Shown: piece after piece, positions 41,252 to 53,177 of the stretch
Numbering within the stretch: the first letter of the stretch is position 1
Layout: every line of letters starts with the position of its first letter
Assembly (NCBI GenBank): GCA_964550715.1
Contig: CAZKAH010000007.1
Coordinates: 13,456 to 77,455, forward strand
Reading direction: 5' to 3'
From: an uncultured Opitutaceae bacterium
Lineage (GTDB): Bacteria > Verrucomicrobiota > Verrucomicrobiia > Opitutales > Opitutaceae
Length of the DNA stretch: 64,000 nt
Made by a program: the position numbers and the translations under genes
The notes under the pieces: generated by a model
Told to the model about the DNA's origin: nothing
The model's input: the letters and a program-made list of their open reading frames with translations, nothing else
Databases searched by the model: none

Positions 41252-42253
41252 ATGTCTTTGCCTCGCGTGACCTTCGCCGCCGTCTGCCTGGGCCTCGGCC
41301 CGCTGGCCGCCGGGGCGGCCCCCGCCCGGCCCGCGCCCTACAAGGGGGCGATCGTCGAGGAGGCCGTCACCGGCCAGGTGATCTTCGCCAACAATGCCGA
41401 TGAGGTGAGCCCGCCCGCCAGCATGACGAAGCTGATGACCTTCGCGGTCCTGCAGGACGCGATCTCCCGGGGCGCCCTCAGCCGGGAGACCCGCGTCAAG
41501 GTCGTGGCCGCCGACACCCGGGCGTCGCCCTCAATCATTGGCCTGAAGGTGGGAGAAGTCTTCCCCATGGAGGAGCTGATTTACGCGATGATGCTTCCCT
41601 CCGCCAACGACGCCGCGCTGGCGGTCGCCCGCGAGGTGGCGGGGTCCGTCCCGGCCTTCGTCGAGCTCATGAACGCGAAGGCCCGGGCCCTCGGGATGAA
41701 CCACACCACCTTCCGCACCCCGAACGGCCTGCCCGTGCCCAGCCACCGCGTCGTCGACGGGGACCTGACCACGCCGCGGGACTTCGCCCTCCTCTGCCGC
41801 TTCCTGATCCAGCACACCGACATCCTCAAGTACACCTCGGTGCGGACCCGGATTTTCGGCGCCGGCTTCCGGTTTCCGCCGACGCCCATGACGAGCCACA
41901 ATCACCTCCTGGGCAAGATCGAGGGCGTGGACGGCCTGAAGACCGGCTTCACCAACGGCGCCGGCTTCTGCCTGGCCGCCACGGCCCTGCGGAACAACCG
42001 CCGCATCATCGTGGTGATGATGGACAGCCCGGACTCCAAGAGCCGCGACCTGGCGGTGACCGACCTGATCCGGCGCGGGTTCACGACGATGCCGGTCTTC
42101 GGGCCGGAGGGCCCGATGCACGATTCGGCGCCCGCCCCGGCCCCTCCTTCAGCCGCAATGCCCGGCGTCGCGCCCGCCCCGGTTTTCGCGCCGCCCACCC
42201 GCCCGGCCCCGGCCGGGACCATGCCGCCGATCCAATTCACCCCCCCGCGTTGA
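41252..42253 (+). CDS. D-alanyl-D-alanine carboxypeptidase (peptidase S11, PBP5/6-like)
   Basis: Signal peptide; SxxK (PASMTKLMT), SxN (PSANDAA), KTG (LKTGFTNGAG); start ATG 41252. Confidence 0.88.
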   Translation: MSLPRVTFAAVCLGLGPLAAGAAPARPAPYKGAIVEEAVTGQVIFANNADEVSPPASMTKLMTFAVLQDAISRGALSRETRVKVVAADTRASPSIIGLKVGEVFPMEELIYAMMLPSANDAALAVAREVAGSVPAFVELMNAKARALGMNHTTFRTPNGLPVPSHRVVDGDLTTPRDFALLCRFLIQHTDILKYTSVRTRIFGAGFRFPPTPMTSHNHLLGKIEGVDGLKTGFTNGAGFCLAATALRNNRRIIVVMMDSPDSKSRDLAVTDLIRRGFTTMPVFGPEGPMHDSAPAPAPPSAAMPGVAPAPVFAPPTRPAPAGTMPPIQFTPPR

Positions 42254-43029
42254 GCGCCCCCAACATCATCAGCTTCCGGGACGTGACCGTGGGCTACGGC
42301 CGGTCCCGCGGCGGCCAGCCGGCGCTGGAGGATGTCACCGTGGACATTCCCTGCGGCAGCCTGACCGCCATCCTCGGGCCCAATGGCGCGGGGAAGAGCA
42401 CCCTCCTGCGGGCGACCCTCGGGTGGCTGCCCCTCGCCCGGGGCGAGATCCGGATCGGCGACGCCCATCCCGAGCACGCGCTGCCCCGCCTGGCCTACCT
42501 GCCGCAACGGCACGTCGTCGACTGGGACTTCCCTATCACCGTCCGTTCCGTCGTCGAGCAGGGGCGCTACCAGGCGCTGCGGCCCTGGCAGCGCCTCGGC
42601 GCGAAGGACCACGGCCGGGTGGAACGGGCCCTGGCCGAGCTCGGCCTGACGGCCGTGGCCGAGCGGCAGATCCGCCGGCTTTCCGGCGGGCAGCAGCAGC
42701 GCGTCTTCCTGGCGCGGGCCGTGGCTCAGGGGGCGGACATCTTCCTCCTCGATGAGCCCTTTGCCGGGCTCGATCTCTTCGCGGTCGAGGAGCTGACCCA
42801 CATCCTGCGCTCGTGGGAGGCGCAGGGCCGGACCGTGCTCGCGGCGGTGCACGGTCTCGACCTGGCCCGCCGCGTCTTCGCGCGGGGAATCCTCCTTGCC
42901 ACCCGGCTGATCGCCGACGGTCCCCTCGATTCCGTCCTGAGCGAGGCCAACGTGGACCTCGCCTTCCGCCGCTCGCACTGCGTGCACGGCGAGGCCGCTC
43001 CGCCCGGCCCGCTCCCGTTTCCCGCATGA
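42250..43029 (+). CDS. metal ABC transporter ATP-binding protein (ZnuC/MntB/TroB family)
   Basis: Walker A GPNGAGKST, signature LSGGQQQRVFLARA, Walker B FLLDEPFAGLD; apparent TTG start overlapping upstream stop. Confidence 0.88.
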   Translation: MSAPNIISFRDVTVGYGRSRGGQPALEDVTVDIPCGSLTAILGPNGAGKSTLLRATLGWLPLARGEIRIGDAHPEHALPRLAYLPQRHVVDWDFPITVRSVVEQGRYQALRPWQRLGAKDHGRVERALAELGLTAVAERQIRRLSGGQQQRVFLARAVAQGADIFLLDEPFAGLDLFAVEELTHILRSWEAQGRTVLAAVHGLDLARRVFARGILLATRLIADGPLDSVLSEANVDLAFRRSHCVHGEAAPPGPLPFPA

Positions 43030-43913
43030 GCGTCCACGAGCTCCTCGTCGCGCCGTTTTCCTACGGCTTCATGCAGCGGGCCGTCCTGTCCGCGGCGCTC
43101 CTCGGCCTGAGCGGCGGACTCCTGGGCTGCATCCTCATGCTGCGGCGGCTGGCGCTGATGGGCGACGCTCTCTCGCATTCCCTCCTGCCGGGAATCGCCG
43201 TTGCCTGGCTTTTCTTTGGGCCGAGCACGCCGGCGCTTTTTGCGGGCGCGCTTTTCGCCGGCCTCCTGACGGCGCTCGGCAGCGGGCTGATCAGCCGGCT
43301 GACCCGGGTCAAGGAGGACGCCGCCTTCGGCTCGCTCTTCATCGTGTTCTTCGGTGCCGGCGTCGCCCTCCTCAGTCGGCTCCCGACCCGGCTCAACCTC
43401 GAGCACTTCCTCTTCGGCAACATCCTCGGGGTGTCCGGCTCCGACCTGCGGCTGGCCGCGGCGACGAGCGGCGCCACGGTCCTCGTCTTCGCCGCCTTTC
43501 ACCGGACGATCCTGCTCGAGACCTTCGACCCGGTCTTCCACCGGGCCACGGGCGGCCGCGGCGGCCTGGCCCACTTCGGCATCCTCGCGCTCACCGTGCT
43601 CAACCTGGTGGCGGCGCTGCAGACGATGGGCGTCGTGCTCGCCCTCGGCCTCTTTCTCCTGCCGGCGGTCAGCGCCTACCTCTGGTGTGACCGGTTTGGC
43701 CGGCTCCTGGCCACCGCGGTCGGGATCGCCCTGGCCTGCTCGGTGGCGGGGATCTTTCTCAGCTACCACGCCGGCATCGCGAGCGGGGCGGCGGTGGTCC
43801 TCTGCCTGGGCGCGGTTCTCCTCTTCTCCCTCGGGTGCAGTCCGCGCTACGGGGCGGCGGCTCGCCTCCTGGAATTCGTGCGCGAGCGCCGCAGCGTGCG
43901 GCACTCACCCTGA
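43026..43913 (+). CDS. metal ABC transporter permease (ZnuB/MntC/TroC family, ABC-3)
   Basis: [52 protein letters not shown] typical of ABC-3 permeases; ATGA overlap; start ATG 43026. Confidence 0.88.
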   Translation: MSVHELLVAPFSYGFMQRAVLSAALLGLSGGLLGCILMLRRLALMGDALSHSLLPGIAVAWLFFGPSTPALFAGALFAGLLTALGSGLISRLTRVKEDAAFGSLFIVFFGAGVALLSRLPTRLNLEHFLFGNILGVSGSDLRLAAATSGATVLVFAAFHRTILLETFDPVFHRATGGRGGLAHFGILALTVLNLVAALQTMGVVLALGLFLLPAVSAYLWCDRFGRLLATAVGIALACSVAGIFLSYHAGIASGAAVVLCLGAVLLFSLGCSPRYGAAARLLEFVRERRSVRHSP

Positions 43914-43915
43914 CC

Positions 43916-44887
43916 ATGGCCGCTTCTCCCGATCTCGCCACCGTCAGGACCTGCCTCACCGGGCTCCAGGAGATGATCGTGGCCGGACTTGAGGCCGAGG
44001 ACGGCTTGGGACGCTTCGGCCGCGACTCCTGGGAACGCGCCGAGGGCGGCGGAGGCTGCACCCGCGTCCTCGCCGACGGCGCGGTCTTCGAGAAGGCGGG
44101 GGTGGGCTTTTCGCATGTCAAGGGAGCCCAGCTGCCGCCGGCGGCGACCGTCCACCGGCCGGAGCTCGCCGGCCTGCCGTGGGAGGCTATGGGGGTTTCG
44201 GTTGTCGTTCATCCGCGGAATCCTTACGTGCCGATCAGCCACATGAATGTGAGGTTTTTCATGGCGGGGGCTTCTTCGGCGGCTGACGGCCCGGCTCCGC
44301 TGCGCTCCGCCGTGGCAAACCGGCCCGAGGGGCCGGTTTGGTGGATCGGCGGCGGCTTTGACCTCACGCCCTGCTATGGCTTCGCCGAGGACGCGGCCGG
44401 CTGGCATCGGTCGGCCCGGGCCGCGGTGGCGCCCTTCGGCCCGTCGCTTTACCCCCGTTTCAAGCGCGCCTGCGACGACTACTTCGTCCTGAAGCACCGC
44501 GGGGAGGCCCGGGGTGTCGGCGGCCTCTTCTACGACGACTTCAACGAGCTCGGATTCGAGCGATGCCTCGAGCTGACCCGGTCGGTGGCGACCGGCTACC
44601 TCGGGGCCTACCGCGAGATCGTGGCGCGGCGGCGGGCGCAACCGTTCGGCGAGCGGGAGCGGAATTTCCAGCTCCTGCGGCGCGGCCGCTATGCGGAGTT
44701 CAACCTCGTCTGGGATCGCGGCACCCTCTTCGGGCTGCAAAGCGGCGGCCGGACCGAGTCGATCCTGATGAGCCTCCCGCCGCTCGTCCGCTGGGACTAT
44801 GCCTGGCAGGCCGAAGCCGGCAGCCCGGAGGCGCGGCTCACCGAGGACTTCCTCCGCCCGCGGGACTGGGCCGACCTGCCCCTTTGA
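43916..44887 (+). CDS. hemF: oxygen-dependent coproporphyrinogen III oxidase
   Basis: [61 protein letters not shown]; start ATG 43916. Confidence 0.93.
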   Translation: MAASPDLATVRTCLTGLQEMIVAGLEAEDGLGRFGRDSWERAEGGGGCTRVLADGAVFEKAGVGFSHVKGAQLPPAATVHRPELAGLPWEAMGVSVVVHPRNPYVPISHMNVRFFMAGASSAADGPAPLRSAVANRPEGPVWWIGGGFDLTPCYGFAEDAAGWHRSARAAVAPFGPSLYPRFKRACDDYFVLKHRGEARGVGGLFYDDFNELGFERCLELTRSVATGYLGAYREIVARRRAQPFGERERNFQLLRRGRYAEFNLVWDRGTLFGLQSGGRTESILMSLPPLVRWDYAWQAEAGSPEARLTEDFLRPRDWADLPL

Positions 44888-44889
44888 CT

Positions 44890-45918
44890 ATGACCAGCCG
44901 CGAACGCTTTCTCGCCGCCTGCGCCGGCCAACCCATCGACCGCCCTCCCCTCTGGATCATGCGCCAGGCCGGGCGGTACCTGCCGGAGTACCGCAAGCTC
45001 AAGGAGCAGCACGGCTTCCTGCAGATGGTGCGGACGCCTGCCCTCGCGGCCGAGGTCACCCTGCAGCCCCTGCGCCGGTTTCCCTTCGACGCGGCCATCC
45101 TCTTTTCCGACATCCTGGTGATCCCGGAGGCGCTCGGCCAGGGCTACCGCTTCCGCGAGGAGGGCGGCATCGCCATGGAGTTTCGCCTGGAGACCCGCGC
45201 GCAGGTGGAGGCCCTCGCCCCGGCCGCGGCTGTGCCGGAGCGGCTGGCCTACGTCGGCGACGCCCTCGGGCTGCTCAAGCGCGAGCTCGCCGGCCGGAGC
45301 GCCCTGCTCGGCTTCGGCGGCTCGCCCTGGACTCTCGCCACGTACATGGTCGAGGGGGGCGGGTCCGACGACTTCAGCCGGATCAAGGGGCTCTTCTACA
45401 CCGATCGGGCGACCTTCGACGCCCTGCTGGAGAAGCTCACGGCCAGCCTCATCGCCTATTTTAAAATGCAGATCCGCGCGGGCGCGGATGCGATCCAGAT
45501 CTTCGATTCCTGGGGCGGGGTCGTGGCCGGGTCCGACTACGAGGCGGCCTCGCTGCAGTGGATTCGCCGCATCGCGGCCGCCCTCCCGCCGGGCTTTCCC
45601 CTGATCCTCTATGCCAAGGGCACGTCCGCGCACCAGGCGGCGCAGGCGGCCGCGGGGATCCGGGTCCTCAGCCTCGACTGGACGGTCGAGCTCGCCGCGG
45701 TCGCGCGGAACCTCCGCGGGAAGGTGGCGGTGCAGGGCAATCTCGACCCGGTCCTCCTCAACACGGAGCCGGAGGTCGTCCGGCGCGAAACCGGCCGGCT
45801 CCTTGAGTCGATGCGGGGCCTGCCCGGCTACATCTTCAACCTGGGCCACGGTATCCTGCCGCAGGCGAAGCTCAGCTGCGTCGAGGCCCTGGCGGAAAGT
45901 GTGGTCAACTGGAAGTAG
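44890..45918 (+). CDS. hemE: uroporphyrinogen decarboxylase
   Basis: PLWIMRQAGRYLPEYR and AILFSDILVIPEALG; start ATG 44890 within ORF 44563..45918. Confidence 0.95.
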   Translation: MTSRERFLAACAGQPIDRPPLWIMRQAGRYLPEYRKLKEQHGFLQMVRTPALAAEVTLQPLRRFPFDAAILFSDILVIPEALGQGYRFREEGGIAMEFRLETRAQVEALAPAAAVPERLAYVGDALGLLKRELAGRSALLGFGGSPWTLATYMVEGGGSDDFSRIKGLFYTDRATFDALLEKLTASLIAYFKMQIRAGADAIQIFDSWGGVVAGSDYEAASLQWIRRIAAALPPGFPLILYAKGTSAHQAAQAAAGIRVLSLDWTVELAAVARNLRGKVAVQGNLDPVLLNTEPEVVRRETGRLLESMRGLPGYIFNLGHGILPQAKLSCVEALAESVVNWK

Positions 45919-45945
45919 GTTCGGCTAGCTGGAATCACCCACCCC

Positions 45946-47397
45946 ATGGCCATCGTCCTTCCCTTCAGCACCTCCACGAAGAAGGTCGCCGTCCTCGGCG
46001 GCGGCGTCACCGGCCTCGCCGCGGCCTACCGCCTGGCGAAGATGGGGCACATTGTCCGGCTCTTCGAGCAGACGAACCGCCTGGGCGGGGTCATCCGCAC
46101 GGAGATGACCGACGGGTGGCTGATCGAGTCCGGGGCGCAATCGCTGCGGGAGACGTCCCCGCTCATCTCCATGGTGATGCGGGGCATCAGCGTGCACAAG
46201 GTGCGGGTCGAGGCCGCCCCGGCGGCCCGGCGGCACTACCTCGTCCGGCGCGGCCGCCCCGTCGCGGTCCCGAGTTCGCCGGGCGGCCTCGTCTTCTCCC
46301 GGCTGTTCACCCCCTGGGGCAAGCTCCGGATCATGGGCGACCTCCTCTGCCGGAACCGGCCCACGGCGCCCGACGTCAGTTTCCACGAGTTCATCCGGAG
46401 GCATTGCGGCCGGGAGGCCGCGGACACCGTCGGCCAGGCGATGGCCGCGGGCGTCTATGCCGGCGACGCCGAGCTGCTCTCCGCCCGCCACGCCTTTCCC
46501 CAGCTGTGGGACTACGACCACCTGCACGGCTCGTTCCTGCGCGGCAACGAGGAGCGCATCAAGGACTGCGAGAAGCGGCATGAGAATTCCACGTCCCGCA
46601 CGTTCTCCTTCCAGCGCGGCATGCAGACCCTGACGCACGCCCTGGTCCTCCAGCTTCCGGCCGATGTCATCGCCCTCAATGCCCGGGTCGAGGCGCTCGT
46701 GGCCGGCCCCCGCTGGCAGGTCATCTGGCGCGATCTGAACGGCCGTCCAGGCTCGCCCGACGACGCCTGGGCGAAGGAGGACGACACCGGCCGCCAGGTC
46801 GAGGGCTTCGACTCCGTCGTCTGCGCCCTGCCCGCCACGGCGATGTCCCGGCTGGAATTTGGCGAGCGGAACGAGTGCCCCATGGCCGCGATGTCCGAGC
46901 TGCCCCATGCGCCGCTGGCCTCCCTGTTCCTGGGCTACCGGCGCGACCAGGTGTCGCACCCGCTCGACGGCTCCGGGCTCCTCTCCCCGCCCCGGGAAAA
47001 GCGGAAGCTCCTCGGCGTCGTCTTCTCCTCCAGCACGTTCCCGGGCCGCGCCCCGGACGGGCACGTCGCGCTCACGGTCATGGCCGGGGGCATGCGGCAG
47101 CCGGAGATCGCCGCGCTTTCCCAGGCCGACCTGCTCGCCGCGGTCACGCCCGACCTGCGGGAGCTGCTGGGCGTCAAGGGGGATCCCGTCTTCCAGCGCC
47201 ACGCGTGCTGGCCGCGGGCGATCCCGCAGTACAACATGGGGCACATCCGCTTCAACCAGTCGATGAACCAGTGCGAGAAGAAGTACCGCGGGTTCTTCAT
47301 CGGCGGGCATGCCCGGGACGGGGTCTCGGTCGCGGACTGCATCCTCAGTGGGGAGCGGCTGGCGGAGAAGGCGGCGGCGTACGAGCCGCTGGGGTAG
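45946..47397 (+). CDS. hemY: protoporphyrinogen/coproporphyrinogen oxidase, FAD-dependent (HemY type)
   Basis: FAD motif KVAVLGGGVTGLAAAYRL, WPRAIPQYNMGH; completes hemF-hemE-hemY cluster. Confidence 0.9.
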   Translation: MAIVLPFSTSTKKVAVLGGGVTGLAAAYRLAKMGHIVRLFEQTNRLGGVIRTEMTDGWLIESGAQSLRETSPLISMVMRGISVHKVRVEAAPAARRHYLVRRGRPVAVPSSPGGLVFSRLFTPWGKLRIMGDLLCRNRPTAPDVSFHEFIRRHCGREAADTVGQAMAAGVYAGDAELLSARHAFPQLWDYDHLHGSFLRGNEERIKDCEKRHENSTSRTFSFQRGMQTLTHALVLQLPADVIALNARVEALVAGPRWQVIWRDLNGRPGSPDDAWAKEDDTGRQVEGFDSVVCALPATAMSRLEFGERNECPMAAMSELPHAPLASLFLGYRRDQVSHPLDGSGLLSPPREKRKLLGVVFSSSTFPGRAPDGHVALTVMAGGMRQPEIAALSQADLLAAVTPDLRELLGVKGDPVFQRHACWPRAIPQYNMGHIRFNQSMNQCEKKYRGFFIGGHARDGVSVADCILSGERLAEKAAAYEPLG

Positions 47398-47429
47398 CGA
47401 GCAGTCGGCGGGGTGGATTCTGTTGAGCC

Positions 47430-47573
47430 GCAGTTCGGAGGGAGAGGACCCCTCCGGGGCCACGCTCCGCCAAGGCCCAATCTCCGCGTCAGCAGGCGGC
47501 GCCAGTCGACGCCGCCAAGAGACGCGGATGAGGCTGCGCTATGCCCCTGCGGGATCCTCTCCCTCCGAACTGC
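47430..47573. other. ~145-nt extended imperfect hairpin (perfect 19-bp closing stem); candidate structured RNA or MITE/REP-like element
   Basis: 47430-47448 is the exact reverse complement of 47555-47573; nested stems 47450-52/47551-53, 47456-60/47543-47, 47483-90/47521-28, 47495-501/47510-16; asymmetric internal loop (22 vs 14 nt); 8-nt apical loop. Confidence 0.6.
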
Positions 47574-47708
47574 TCACTCGCAGGTGTTCCGCAATATCCA
47601 GGGAGCGCTGTTGCGCTGGAGCCTTGATGGTTAGGGCGTGGATTTTTCACTCGTAACGAGGGGGGTGGAGGGTAGCGTCGGTGCCCCTTTATTTGGACCC
47701 TTTTTGGC

Positions 47709-50546
<2,838 letters not shown>

Positions 50547-50572
50547 TGTCCGCCCCCTTCCCAAAACTCCCC

Positions 50573-51433
50573 ATGGCCAAGAACAAAACCAAAATCACCG
50601 CAGCGAAGCCCAAACCCAAGGCCAAGCCTGCGCCCAAGAAAGCGGCTCCGCCTCCCGCGAAGCCCGTCGTTCGTTCCGCCACCATGGAAAAGCCCTCTTC
50701 AAAGAAGACCGCCCTGCGCGAGAGCATCCTCGCCCGCAAGGCCGCCATCAAGCCCATCACGTTCAGCCTCGATGAGGTCCGCGCGATCGCCAAGACCAAC
50801 GCCGCCAAGGCCCCCGAGGCCACCAAGGCGAAGGCCCCGGCCAAGCCGATCCTGCCCAAGCCGCTGACGCTGGAGCGCCCGGCCAAGCCGAGCCACATCA
50901 AGCCCGCCTCCCTCGCGGACATCCTCGGGTTCAATCCCAAGAAGGCCAAGTCGGTCGAGGCGATCGTCGAGAAGGAAGTGCCCGAGAAGTACAAGCGCTA
51001 CTACAAGATCCTCGTGGACATGCGCCGCCAGCTCACCGAGGGCATCGAGCGCCACTCGGAGGAGTCGCTCAAGCGCTCCGCCAAGGACGATTCCGGAGAC
51101 CTCTCCGGCTACGGCCAGAACATGTCCGATGGCGGCATCAACACCTTTGACCGCGACTTCGTCCTCAGCCTGGTCTCGAGCGAGCAGGAGGCCCTCTCGG
51201 AGATCGATGCCGCGATCAAGCGCATCCACGACGGCACCTACGGAATCTGCGAGGTCACGCAAAAGCCGATCGCCAAGGAGCGGCTCCTGGCCGTGCCGTT
51301 CACCCGCCACTCCGCCGAGGCCAAGAAGCAGATCGAGCGCAACCACTATCGGAGCCGGGACCAGCCGGGCATCTTCGGCGAGCTCAGCGAAGAGGGCGTG
51401 AAGATGGAAGACGACAGCGGCGGCGATGAATAG
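50573..51433 (+). CDS. DksA/TraR-family protein with K/A/P-rich N-terminal extension and degenerate zinc finger
   Basis: C-terminal YYKILVDMRRQLTEG...AAIKRIHDGTYGICEVTQKPIAKERLLAVPFTRHSAEAKKQ resembles DksA but keeps only one Cys; start ATG 50573 (MAKNKTKI); between ileS and lspA. Confidence 0.8.
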   Translation: MAKNKTKITAAKPKPKAKPAPKKAAPPPAKPVVRSATMEKPSSKKTALRESILARKAAIKPITFSLDEVRAIAKTNAAKAPEATKAKAPAKPILPKPLTLERPAKPSHIKPASLADILGFNPKKAKSVEAIVEKEVPEKYKRYYKILVDMRRQLTEGIERHSEESLKRSAKDDSGDLSGYGQNMSDGGINTFDRDFVLSLVSSEQEALSEIDAAIKRIHDGTYGICEVTQKPIAKERLLAVPFTRHSAEAKKQIERNHYRSRDQPGIFGELSEEGVKMEDDSGGDE

Positions 51434-51947
51434 CCCCGCGGCGGCGAGCCCCGTCCGCCGCCTGCTCGCCTACCGGTGGCTGCTGCTGCTGGCGGCGGTC
51501 ATCTTCGTCCTCGACCAGCTGAGCAAGGCCTGGATCGCGACCCGGGTTCCCTATGACCCGAGCGGATCCGGCGCAGGTGCGATCACGGTCATCGACGGCT
51601 TCTTCTACCTTTACGACGTCGGCAACACCGGCGCGGCTTGGAGCATGTTCAGCGGCGGCAGCGTCATCCTGGCGGGTCTGGCGGCGGCTACGCTGGTGGC
51701 GATCGGCCTCTGGCGACGGGCCCTCGGTCTCCGCGAACCCGCCACGCAGGTCAGTTTCGGCCTCCTGTGCGGCGGCATTGCCGGGAACCTGGCCGACCGG
51801 CTGCGCCTCGGGCACGTGACCGACTTCATCAGCCTGCATTTCGGGGGTTATGCCTATCCCACCTTCAACGTGGCCGACTCGGGCATCTGCGTCGGCATCG
51901 CCCTCTACCTCTGGCGCTCCCTGCGCCAGCCGCAGGAAGAGCGATAG
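51426..51947 (+). CDS. lspA: lipoprotein signal peptidase (signal peptidase II)
   Basis: VLDQLSK, NTGAAWSMF, GGIAGNLADRLRLGHVTDF, FNVADSGICVG. Confidence 0.93.
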   Translation: MNSPAAASPVRRLLAYRWLLLLAAVIFVLDQLSKAWIATRVPYDPSGSGAGAITVIDGFFYLYDVGNTGAAWSMFSGGSVILAGLAAATLVAIGLWRRALGLREPATQVSFGLLCGGIAGNLADRLRLGHVTDFISLHFGGYAYPTFNVADSGICVGIALYLWRSLRQPQEER

Positions 51948-51956
51948 CGCCGGCGC

Positions 51957-53150
51957 TCAGGCGCGGCGGAGGGTGAGATGCACGATTTCCGCCGGCGCCT
52001 GTACGCGGAGGGGAAACCAGTTGCCGACCCCGTTCGAGACGATCAGCCGGCTGCCGCCCCGGGAATAGAGGCCCGACCAATAACGGAAGAGGATGGGGCC
52101 GGCCCCGGCATGGTCGCTGAGCATGAGTTGTCCCCCGTGGGTGTGGCCGGACAGGGTCAGCGGCAATCCCGCCGCCGCGGCGGTGTCGAAGGCGTGGGGA
52201 TGATGGGAAAGAAGGATCGGAAAGGCGTCGTCCTGCCGCAGCGGCAGGACCTGCCGGACCGAGCGGGCGATGGCCGCCTCGCGGGACTCCCGGGGCGTGC
52301 CCTCGCTCCAGCGGACGCCAAGCAGCTGGACGGGATGGCCGTGCACGCCCACGACCAGGGCCTCGTCGCGCAGGAAGGGAATGCCGGAGGCGCGCGCCCG
52401 CCTCTCGAACTCGCGGGGGCTCTCGAACAGGTCGTGGTTGCCCTCGATCAGCGCCTGGCCGTAGCGGCCGGGCATCGCGCGGGCGAGGTCGAGCGAGCCC
52501 GCGAGGTCGCTCAGCTCCCGGTTGATCAGGTCCCCGGTGTGCAGGACGAGGTCCGCCCGCAGCGCGTTGACGGCCTCCACCACGGCGCGGAGCAGGCGAT
52601 CGGAGGTAAACGGCCCCACATGGATGTCGCTCACCTGGGCGATCGTCATCCCATCCAGGTCGAGTGGCAGCCCGGAAATCGGCAGGGTGAGGCGGCGCAC
52701 CCGGAAGTGATCCAGCTCCGATTCCGAGACGCCGGTCAGGCTGAAGGTGAAAAGGGGCGGCAGCGCCGCGGCCGCTAGGCCCAGGAACTGCCGGCGGGTC
52801 GTCCCTCCCGCGCCCGACGGTGCCACCGGGGCGGACCGGCCCGGCTGGCAGCGGCGCAGGGCCAGGATGAGGGCCACGACCGCCGCCACCGCCAGGGCCA
52901 GCGTGAGTCCCAGGAAGTACCAGATGAGTTCGCTCGCGTAGACCCAGCCGGGGAGGGACCGCATGAACTCCGAGTAGAGGAGGCCGTCGCCGAGGTTGAG
53001 CAGCAGCCCCAGGATCTCGCCCCCGAGGAAGATCCGGGCAATCCAGACCCACCACCGGCCTCGGGCCAGCCGCTCGGTCAGCGCCCACCAGGCTACCGTG
53101 AGCACCAGCGTGGACCCGACGATGATCGAATAGAGGCGCATACGCGGCAA
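51957..53150 (-). CDS. membrane-anchored metallophosphoesterase
   Basis: N-terminal TM helices then calcineurin-like motifs VSDIHVG, HTGDLIN, IEGNHD, SGHTHGGQ. Confidence 0.85.
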   Translation of the reverse strand: MPRMRLYSIIVGSTLVLTVAWWALTERLARGRWWVWIARIFLGGEILGLLLNLGDGLLYSEFMRSLPGWVYASELIWYFLGLTLALAVAAVVALILALRRCQPGRSAPVAPSGAGGTTRRQFLGLAAAALPPLFTFSLTGVSESELDHFRVRRLTLPISGLPLDLDGMTIAQVSDIHVGPFTSDRLLRAVVEAVNALRADLVLHTGDLINRELSDLAGSLDLARAMPGRYGQALIEGNHDLFESPREFERRARASGIPFLRDEALVVGVHGHPVQLLGVRWSEGTPRESREAAIARSVRQVLPLRQDDAFPILLSHHPHAFDTAAAAGLPLTLSGHTHGGQLMLSDHAGAGPILFRYWSGLYSRGGSRLIVSNGVGNWFPLRVQAPAEIVHLTLRRA

Positions 53151-53177
53151 GGCCCGGCCGGGCCTGGTACCCGCCGG

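Noticed and set aside
47640-47708. GGGTGG-containing stretch upstream of ileS as a possible T-box; the tyrS upstream spacer was also checked
   Set aside because: The conserved T-box core (GGGTGGNACCNCG) is not matched; the sequence here is GGGGTGGAGGGTAGCG. I found no specifier-loop or antiterminator arrangement. T-boxes are also not expected outside a few phyla.
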